Assembly (NCBI GenBank): GCA_030688025.1
Contig: JAUYJL010000023.1
Coordinates: forward strand, 2,562 to 66,561
From: Candidatus Peregrinibacteria bacterium
GTDB taxonomy: Bacteria; Patescibacteriota; Gracilibacteria; UBA1369; LOWO2-01-FULL-3
Direction of reading: 5' to 3'
Length of the DNA stretch: 64,000 nucleotides
The notes beneath the pieces were generated by a model. The model saw nothing but the letters and a program-made list of their open reading frames with translations, was not told the origin of the DNA and searched no databases. The translations under genes and the position numbers were made by a program. Shown here piece by piece: positions 57,822-64,000 of the stretch (position 1 is its first letter; each line of letters opens with the position of its first letter).

Positions 57822-58031
57822 CTAACAGCATTGTGCTCCAGGATCCAGTCTATCGCTAATACTTTTGGCTGCAACACCAAGCGCTTCCTCCTTGCTTAGA
57901 GTAGGTCTAACTCCGGCGGCTCTATCTCCAATTTGATCGACAATACCTCCCGTAACGGCTGTATCGACAATTTGTGGATTTGCCTCCGCTTGTCCTCCTT
58001 CTCCCGGTACTTCTGTTTGTACTTCTGGCAT
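57822..58031 (-). CDS. Small GC-rich hypothetical protein (69 aa) ending in Cys-Cys
   Basis: MPEVQTEVPGEGGQAEANPQIVDTAVTGGIVDQIGDRAAGVRPTLSKEEALGVAAKSISDRLDPGAQCC*. It lies 9 nt upstream of the aspartate kinase start. Confidence 0.45.
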   Translation of the reverse strand: MPEVQTEVPGEGGQAEANPQIVDTAVTGGIVDQIGDRAAGVRPTLSKEEALGVAAKSISDRLDPGAQCC

Positions 58032-58113
58032 AGTTTTTTGGATTAAAAGTTTGGATTACAAATTAGCACTAAGAGGGAATTTGTCAATTTTGGATGAGAG
58101 ATTACAGTTGATT

Positions 58114-58148
58114 GTTAAAAAAAAGCCCTTTATCCAAAGGGCTTTTTG
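58114..58148. terminator. Bidirectional Rho-independent terminator after the major pilin gene
   Basis: A 10-bp stem aaagcccttt/aaagggcttt with loop atcc, an A run on one side and a T run on the other. Confidence 0.8.
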
Positions 58149-58168
58149 ATTTTCTCTTAAGAAAAAAA

Positions 58169-58618
58169 TTATCGTGTAACGCTGATAACTTTTTCAAGCT
58201 CAGCTGCAGGAGCTGCTACAGTTACTCTTCCTTCCACTGTCTTTAGGATTGTGTATCCTGTGTTGTAAGCTGTGCAATCTGTGTACGCTGCATCTGTTGC
58301 AGTAGGATCAAAAGGCATTGCGGCCATGTATGTAGGAACAACGTCCGCACAAATATCAATTTGTCCTACTCCGCTACCAACTACTGTAGCTACTGCTGTG
58401 ATTGCCGCTGGAAGTGTTCCACGATTATCAATTGCTGACTGATGAACTGCATTTATAAGAGCTTGAACATCTGAACTTCTCTGAGTGTTATTCGCTTGTG
58501 CGATTTGTCTTGCCGGATTAATGGCAATAATAACGATAGCTGCCAAAATTGCGATAATGACAACTACTAGAAGTACTTCAACTAACGTGAAGCCCTTTCT
58601 GTTGAGGATCTTTTTCAT
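58169..58618 (-). CDS. pilA: Type IV pilin (major pilin candidate)
   Basis: Prepilin leader and methylation motif MKKILNRKGFTLVEVLLVVVIIAILAAIV. It is the last gene of the pilus operon and is followed by a strong terminator. Confidence 0.9.
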   Translation of the reverse strand: MKKILNRKGFTLVEVLLVVVIIAILAAIVIIAINPARQIAQANNTQRSSDVQALINAVHQSAIDNRGTLPAAITAVATVVGSGVGQIDICADVVPTYMAAMPFDPTATDAAYTDCTAYNTGYTILKTVEGRVTVAAPAAELEKVISVTR

Positions 58619-58643
58619 AGGAAAAGATAGGTTATTTATAAAA

Positions 58644-58880
58644 TTATTTTTTGATATCGTCTTCTAGAATACCATTCTCGTATTTTTTTGACAAGATTGA
58701 ATATTGCGACCAGTTCATTACCGGCAATCTAATTTCTATAACTTCTGGAGTTATCTTCTCGTCTGTGTTCCCCCATGACACATATAAAAATGTAAAAAAT
58801 GCAACGGAGGCTATCGTTAATATTCCGCATATAGAAACGGAGATCAAGAGTCCATATTTTTTATATTCATTAATTTGCAT
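58644..58880 (-). CDS. Small membrane protein of the pilus operon (78 aa)
   Basis: A single TM helix (GLLISVSICGILTIASVAFFTFLYV). It overlaps the upstream gene by 11 nt. Confidence 0.55.
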   Translation of the reverse strand: MQINEYKKYGLLISVSICGILTIASVAFFTFLYVSWGNTDEKITPEVIEIRLPVMNWSQYSILSKKYENGILEDDIKK

Positions 58881-59562
58881 TTCGTTTTTTTATGAATAAT
58901 TGAATTTCTATTGATATGTTTGTAAGTTCATTTAATTTCTTATCTTGTGCCCCATCTTTAAGTGATAAATTTTGATATTTTATGTTTGAAATTTTTACGT
59001 AATATGGAATTTTATCAAGTGCTGTGACGAAAGATTGCATATCTTTTATGTCTCCATAAAAATTAATATTATAAGTAATACTGTCGTTCTTTGATTTAGT
59101 TTTATCAGTTGGCTGATCTTTATCATCAATAGTTCTGATATCCAGATTTAGAGAAAGTTCTTTTCCAAGACTCTCCAATGTTGTTATAAAGGTAATAAAT
59201 TCCTCTTCCGTTTGAGGTCGTAATTTCAATAAAAAGTCTATGACTTTTTGAGTATTTCCTGTGTAAAGTAATAGGCTATCTTCAAAGTTTGGACGCATTT
59301 CTTCCGCGACTTTAATAAAAGATTTATTCTCGCTTATGTCGGTTTTTATGCTTAACGAAGACATCCCGATGATTGACGTACCAAAGAAACCAAGGATCAC
59401 GAATATCAGACATAAGTGTATGATTCTTTTTGCTAAGGTTCCGGTTTCGTCGTGAGAGTTGTCCTCCGGTGATGATATTTTCACCGGCTGAGTTGTGGCA
59501 TCTCCGTAATCTTCCGATTCTTCCGGATCGTCTATCCTATTTTGGGATTCCATTCCAAGCAT
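58870..59562 (-). CDS. Bitopic membrane protein of the pilus operon (PilO-like position)
   Basis: An acidic N terminus and one TM helix (IIHLCLIFVILGFFGTSIIGM) are followed by a periplasmic-type domain. The assignment rests on context only. Confidence 0.55.
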   Translation of the reverse strand: MLGMESQNRIDDPEESEDYGDATTQPVKISSPEDNSHDETGTLAKRIIHLCLIFVILGFFGTSIIGMSSLSIKTDISENKSFIKVAEEMRPNFEDSLLLYTGNTQKVIDFLLKLRPQTEEEFITFITTLESLGKELSLNLDIRTIDDKDQPTDKTKSKNDSITYNINFYGDIKDMQSFVTALDKIPYYVKISNIKYQNLSLKDGAQDKKLNELTNISIEIQLFIKKRNAN

Positions 59563-61162
59563 AAGGCTTTAGTTCGTTAAATTTTAATTCTAGTTTTAAT
59601 ATGAATGAGATATTTTCTTTTTCGTCAAAATTCGACAGAGGCGCAATGACTTTTTCTACATACGGTTCTTCTTCTAGTTTTTTTCTTGTATTCAATAGGG
59701 TTTCTCTTGTGTTTGCAATTCCACTGATATTTACCGTCAAATCTTGGTTGTTGAATTCAAGAGAGGATATCGTGGCTCCTTTTGGGATGGAACCGACTAT
59801 GTTTTTTAATAATTCAGGTACTGAGAATAAAGAACTTTGAATCGTAGTTAATGCTGTTACTTCAGAATTAAAATCCGTTATTGCTCTTTTGATTTCTTGA
59901 TATCTTGTTCCGTAAATTAATTGCTGTAGAGAGCTTTTTTCCCCTTCCGAATCAACTCTTTGAAAAGAAAATTCCTGATGTTTCAAAATGACAAGTGTAC
60001 TTAAAACTAAGGAAACTATTGCCAAAGATATTGATATTAAAACCAATAATAATGACAATTTTTTGGAAGCGAAAGAAGCTTTGAGGCGGTCAGGCAATAA
60101 GTTTATGCCTGTGTCCTTTGCGTTTAGCCCTTTTACCGCCAATCCAATGGCTGTCGAGAAGTAGACTGAATACGGGAATGCTCCTTTATTTTTGTCCAAT
60201 GGAGTGAATTTATCTGCGTCCGCTTTTATTCCCAAACGTGGGTCGCCCGGCAAAATTTCTTTATCGGGGAACGCTTTTTTTGCGTTATCATAAAAACCTG
60301 GAAGGTTTAAAAATTCTCCTGTAAGGAATATCGTTTTAACGTCAATATCTTTAATTATTACTTTTGTTTCTTCAAAAATTTTATTTTCAAATTTTTCTAT
60401 TTGAGGAATAAATGAAGGATCAAAATTATTTTTTTCTTTTTGATTAATAATTTCGAATTCCTGCAATTGTGACTCTTCAGCCAATTCTTTCACAAGGCCT
60501 TTTCCGCTTTCCATAGATGTGAAGACATTTTTGAGTTCCGATCTATTGAATACGGAATATGTCGTTGCAAGATATCCTATGTCTATTACCAACGATGAAG
60601 GGATTCTTTCAATCTGATTTTTAAGTGCATTTTCCACGCATTCCGCATGGATTGTGAAAGCATAAGGATTTAGTCCCGCTGAAGTGAGTAATTTTACATA
60701 GCTATCGGCCACTTGTTTTTGGACACTTGCGAATAAAACATACTGTGAAGCATGCGGTGTTTTTGGCGGATCCTTGTGCAAAATTCTAAAATCCCAATAA
60801 ATATCTTTAACAAGAAAAGGGATTACATTTTCAGCTTCAAACGGTAGTGCTTTTTCAATTTCTTTTGGGTTTAGTTCTACCGGAAATTTAAAAATATGTG
60901 TAAAAACTTTTCTTTCGGGAAAACTGCAAATCACGTTTTTTACTTTTATTGCTTTTGGATTTGCTGTTTCAAGAAGCGTGGTAATGATATTTTTTAATTC
61001 TTCTTGATTAACAATTTCTCCGTCTCTGATTACTTGAGGTGGAATTACGACTCTATTAAAAGCCAATAATGAATTTACATTTCCCGATAATTCCATTTCC
61101 ACCACTTGAGCGTAGTAGTCATGGAAGTCTAATCCTATAATTTTTTTTGAGAAAAGTGACAT
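59537..61162 (-). CDS. pilM: Type IV pilus assembly protein PilM fused to a PilN-like membrane segment
   Basis: An actin-like ATPase N terminus (IIGLDFHDYYAQVVEMEL...VIDIGYLATTYSVF). This is followed by LLPDRLKASFASKKLSLLLVLISISLAIVSLVL (PilN-type TM) and a C-terminal domain. Confidence 0.82.
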   Translation of the reverse strand: MSLFSKKIIGLDFHDYYAQVVEMELSGNVNSLLAFNRVVIPPQVIRDGEIVNQEELKNIITTLLETANPKAIKVKNVICSFPERKVFTHIFKFPVELNPKEIEKALPFEAENVIPFLVKDIYWDFRILHKDPPKTPHASQYVLFASVQKQVADSYVKLLTSAGLNPYAFTIHAECVENALKNQIERIPSSLVIDIGYLATTYSVFNRSELKNVFTSMESGKGLVKELAEESQLQEFEIINQKEKNNFDPSFIPQIEKFENKIFEETKVIIKDIDVKTIFLTGEFLNLPGFYDNAKKAFPDKEILPGDPRLGIKADADKFTPLDKNKGAFPYSVYFSTAIGLAVKGLNAKDTGINLLPDRLKASFASKKLSLLLVLISISLAIVSLVLSTLVILKHQEFSFQRVDSEGEKSSLQQLIYGTRYQEIKRAITDFNSEVTALTTIQSSLFSVPELLKNIVGSIPKGATISSLEFNNQDLTVNISGIANTRETLLNTRKKLEEEPYVEKVIAPLSNFDEKENISFILKLELKFNELKPYAWNGIPK

Positions 61163-61176
61163 CGGTTTTTATTATA

Positions 61177-61575
61177 TTAGATTTCGGTCCAAGTAGAAAG
61201 GGTTGCATTTAGAGCATGCCCTACTTGAGTAATATCTACAGTTCCTCTAAACGTCTGAGAATAATCCAAGTAATTTAATGTGACGTCTATTGTTTTTGGG
61301 TTTGTTCCGGCTACGCTGATTATACAATTTCCGTCTGTGAAATTGAACGTGTATCCGCTAAAAGCGGAGTCTTGTTCAATCCTGTGAATCGCCTCTTCAA
61401 AACATCCCTCAGCGTAATTTGACGAAATGCTATCCATCGAATTGTTTACGTATTGATATCCTGTGGAGATGCTATTTTCCGCCATTCCTACCGCTAAAAG
61501 CAAAACGAATGAGGCTATTACCAGCATGCTTATAAGTGCGATTGACCCTTTTGTGTTTTTCAAGAAATTTTTCAT
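61177..61575 (-). CDS. PilX-like minor pilin / pseudopilin
   Basis: KGSIALISMLVIASFVLLLAV N terminus (PilX_N-like). There is a 4-nt overlap with the upstream gene. Confidence 0.6.
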   Translation of the reverse strand: MKNFLKNTKGSIALISMLVIASFVLLLAVGMAENSISTGYQYVNNSMDSISSNYAEGCFEEAIHRIEQDSAFSGYTFNFTDGNCIISVAGTNPKTIDVTLNYLDYSQTFRGTVDITQVGHALNATLSTWTEI

Positions 61576-62072
61576 TTTCGTAATGATACTGATAAGTGAA
61601 ATGGATAAGTGTGTGCCAAATTCGATGTGGCAGACATTGCCGTCAATTCTCCGTCTATCACTATTTGATCCGGCGTTTTTGTGGCAATGATTCTATGGAA
61701 TCTTAACTTGGTCACATCTGTTGCATTGGCATTTAATTTTACCGGATTTTCGGCGCCTTCTTTCATGTATATATTTTCATTTTCCAAATAGAGCAATACG
61801 TTTGGAGCTCCATTTAAAGCCAATTTTCCAGTGTCGTTGTCTAAGATGCTGTTTCCCGTGTCCACGCTCGAAGCACCATGGATTTTTTCAATAAATTTGT
61901 CCACCAAAAAAGTATCGCTGTATTGAATTTCGTTTATGTTTTCAGAAAGTCTGAATGTATCAATGACTTGTAGAGAAAACACTGAGATTGCAAATAAAAA
62001 CATGCTTGTGATTGCAAAATAAGCCACTATTTCTATCAACGTGAATCCTGATTGTGAAGTTATTTTTCTCAT
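61572..62072 (-). CDS. Minor pilin with prepilin-type N-terminal methylation motif
   Basis: MRKITSQSGFTLIEIVAYFAITSMFLFAI. Confidence 0.8.
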   Translation of the reverse strand: MRKITSQSGFTLIEIVAYFAITSMFLFAISVFSLQVIDTFRLSENINEIQYSDTFLVDKFIEKIHGASSVDTGNSILDNDTGKLALNGAPNVLLYLENENIYMKEGAENPVKLNANATDVTKLRFHRIIATKTPDQIVIDGELTAMSATSNLAHTYPFHLSVSLRK

Positions 62073-63907
62073 GGATTGTAATTGATTGTTACTGACTCTA
62101 TCAATGGCGTGTGTACTCCGTCCGATGTGATTTGTATTTTAAACTGAATATATCTTGTTCCCGATGCGCTTGGTGAAACGACGATTTGCATTCCGGAATT
62201 TTCATAGTATGTTCCCGCTGTTCCGTCGCTACCGACCCACATAGCGTCAGCTAAACCGACCTCTGTGTCCGCGGTTCTTATTTGTAATTTTACTGTGGAT
62301 CCTATGGTTGCTTCCGCCACCCATTTCAAATAATTATATCTTGGATCTGAACTTCCGGTGTCAAAAGGAGTGGAGACATAATCCCCTGCGTCCGCTGTTT
62401 CAAGAACCGTGGTTCCGTTTATTACCAAGCCTTTGTTGTTTACTATGATTGTTTCGTAAATGTAGTTTGCATCGCTTGTTATTCCGCTACCTTTTCCTCC
62501 TAAATCTTTTGTATAAACTACGTATGGGTTTGCGGGTGTCGATATGTTTATCGCTGATAAATTTTGACTATTGGTATTCATTGCCACGTAGGCGTAATCT
62601 CCTTGAATTGTGATGTCCTGAATTTCCGCGGCTGTGGTTATTTTTTTTGTTACTGACGGTAAGGCCGGATTTGAAACATCTATTACATAAAAAGAATTTG
62701 CTTCTGTTCCCAAAAATGCGTAAGGACCTTGGACTTTCACCACATTAACTTCTTCGTTTAATCCAAGATTTGAAACAACTGTCGGAGAGGCGGGATTTGA
62801 AATATTGTAAATTCTAAAGCCCTGCCAATCATAATCCATTCCGACATATGCGTATCCTCCTGCGATATCTATGCCATAGATTTCCCCCGGAGAGGCTGAA
62901 GATGACGACACGGTCGGGCTTGCCGGATTTGAAACATCTAATACAACAAATTTTGGACTACTTCCGTCTATTCCCATGTATAAATAATTACCACTGGAGG
63001 CTATGGATATGCCCTCTCCTCCAATGTCTTTTGTTGTTAGTAATGTTGCGCTGGCTGGCAGAGTTGCGTTTATTACAGCCAATCCTTTTGAGCTTTTTCC
63101 TGTTCCCACATATACGTAATTTCCAATCTTTGTAACGGAATTACCTTTTTCTCCAATGTCGATTGTCTGCACTACTACAGGGGCTTGTCTGTTTGTAATA
63201 TCCACTACCGCAAGACCTCCATTTGTTTTTTCAGTCGATACATATGCGTAATTTCCATCGACTACTACGTCATTTCCATGTTCTCCTACATCCGCCGAAA
63301 CCAAAAATTCGCTTTGAGATTCTTCAAGTAAAAGTTTGATGGCGCAATTGTCTTCTGGTGGAGCGAGAGTTGAAATAGTTTCCGTATCCGTCAGTGTTCC
63401 ACTATTAAATTCCGTGCAATCTGTTTGAATAATGTCATTTCCCCTCCAATCCGCGAGATATGTCGTTAACTCCAAAGATCTTGGAAGGAGGCCTCTGTAT
63501 AGCCATTCTATTTTGGAAGTAACTTCCTTTATGTCCGAATCCAATGTTCCTGCGTCCGAGATGTTTCCATTTTCGTCTCTAAAAACGTCACTGATGAAAA
63601 TTGTTCTGTTGTAGTAGCCGTCTATGTCTTCCGGCGCTTGGATAAATGACCATGTGTCGTTTGTCATATCAAGTCCGTGGTCTCCCGGTTCGAGTAATAA
63701 ATAATTTCTATCTCGCATTTGTCTTGTCGCTTCTATTCCTTCCTGTGCGTATAAAATCGCTTTGTTGTTTTCTTCAATTTTTTCGGAACCTTGCAAGGAA
63801 TCTATCGACAAATAGAAAATAGAAGTCGAAAATATTGCGAAAATTCCAGCTGCGAGGACCACTTCGACGATCGAGATTCCTGCTTTTTTAATATTGGATA
63901 GAGCCAA
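62069..63907 (-). CDS. Large pilin-like protein with LVIVD-type beta-propeller repeats (candidate tip adhesin)
   Basis: Prepilin-like N terminus (KKAGISIVEVVLAAGIFAIF). At least 6-7 repeats of the type GNYAYVSTEKTNGGLAVVDITNRQAPVVV / GNYVYVGTGKSSKGLAVINAT / GNYLYMGIDGSSPKFVVLDVSNPASPTV / GGYAYVGMDYDWQGFRIYNISNPASPTVV follow. TTG start. Confidence 0.8.
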   Translation of the reverse strand: MALSNIKKAGISIVEVVLAAGIFAIFSTSIFYLSIDSLQGSEKIEENNKAILYAQEGIEATRQMRDRNYLLLEPGDHGLDMTNDTWSFIQAPEDIDGYYNRTIFISDVFRDENGNISDAGTLDSDIKEVTSKIEWLYRGLLPRSLELTTYLADWRGNDIIQTDCTEFNSGTLTDTETISTLAPPEDNCAIKLLLEESQSEFLVSADVGEHGNDVVVDGNYAYVSTEKTNGGLAVVDITNRQAPVVVQTIDIGEKGNSVTKIGNYVYVGTGKSSKGLAVINATLPASATLLTTKDIGGEGISIASSGNYLYMGIDGSSPKFVVLDVSNPASPTVSSSSASPGEIYGIDIAGGYAYVGMDYDWQGFRIYNISNPASPTVVSNLGLNEEVNVVKVQGPYAFLGTEANSFYVIDVSNPALPSVTKKITTAAEIQDITIQGDYAYVAMNTNSQNLSAINISTPANPYVVYTKDLGGKGSGITSDANYIYETIIVNNKGLVINGTTVLETADAGDYVSTPFDTGSSDPRYNYLKWVAEATIGSTVKLQIRTADTEVGLADAMWVGSDGTAGTYYENSGMQIVVSPSASGTRYIQFKIQITSDGVHTPLIESVTINYNP

Positions 63908-64000
63908 TGTTTGTGATTGTTATTGGTATAGATTTGTTGTTTTGCGAAGAGAAAAACAAGAATGTTCCGTAATTGCTTGTCGCCCCTTTTGGGGATAGAA
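63888..64000 (-). CDS. C-terminal end of a further pilus-operon gene (5' part outside the window)
   Basis: The hand-translated frame ...LSPKGATSNYGTFLFFSSQNNKSIPITITNIGSIQY* has its stop at 63888-63890 and overlaps the next gene start by 20 nt. The other two frames look less protein-like. Confidence 0.45.
   Translation of the reverse strand, partial: LSPKGATSNYGTFLFFSSQNNKSIPITITNIGSIQY

Overview
This window reads as a low-GC (about 30-35% by eye), gene-dense bacterial genome using the standard code. Long ORFs are intact and TGA is used as a stop. The gene content resembles a reduced-genome, Patescibacteria/CPR-like organism, but that is inference only. It includes PolX, a sortase, a type IV pilus operon, many small lipoproteins, isolated fragments of biosynthetic pathways and a diversity-generating retroelement.

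The core genes I can support are:
- Replication and repair: dnaX, ligA, polX.
- Stress and translation: a Rel/SpoT homolog, ychF, hpf, typA, an HtrA protease.
- Nucleotide and cofactor metabolism: dcd-thyA-folA, ispG, mnmA, an RluA-family pseudouridine synthase.
- Central and amino-acid metabolism: argH, an aspartate kinase, glycerate kinase plus a 2-hydroxyacid dehydrogenase.
- Surface and transport: two GT4 glycosyltransferases, two MFS transporters.
- RNA genes: tRNA-Val(GAC) and tRNA-Phe(GAA).

No rRNA, CRISPR array, transposase or integrase was seen.

The regions most worth a second look are:
1. 45.7-48.2 kb. A DGR-type reverse transcriptase (IGNLTSQ motif) sits next to a divergent, truncated Avd-like ORF and a candidate variable protein. 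I could not find a clean TR/VR pair by hand.
2. 28.3-32.4 kb. A 3.86-kb two-gene cassette encodes a PEP-utilizing, rifampin-phosphotransferase-like enzyme and a membrane tandem-rhodanese protein. It is bracketed by direct repeats of the 3' end of folA, which looks like an integration or recombination scar.
3. 0.57-2.0 kb. A duplicated tRNA-Val 3' end is followed by a frameshifted hicA-like gene and a truncated GNAT gene.
4. A Rel/SpoT homolog with a C-terminal multi-helix membrane domain.
5. A GC-rich HNH endonuclease gene next to a start-less pilin gene fragment.
6. A pilus operon whose largest pilin-like protein carries LVIVD-type repeats.
7. A CIRCE-like operator in front of htrA.

All similarity calls come from reading the translations by eye. 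No database search was run.
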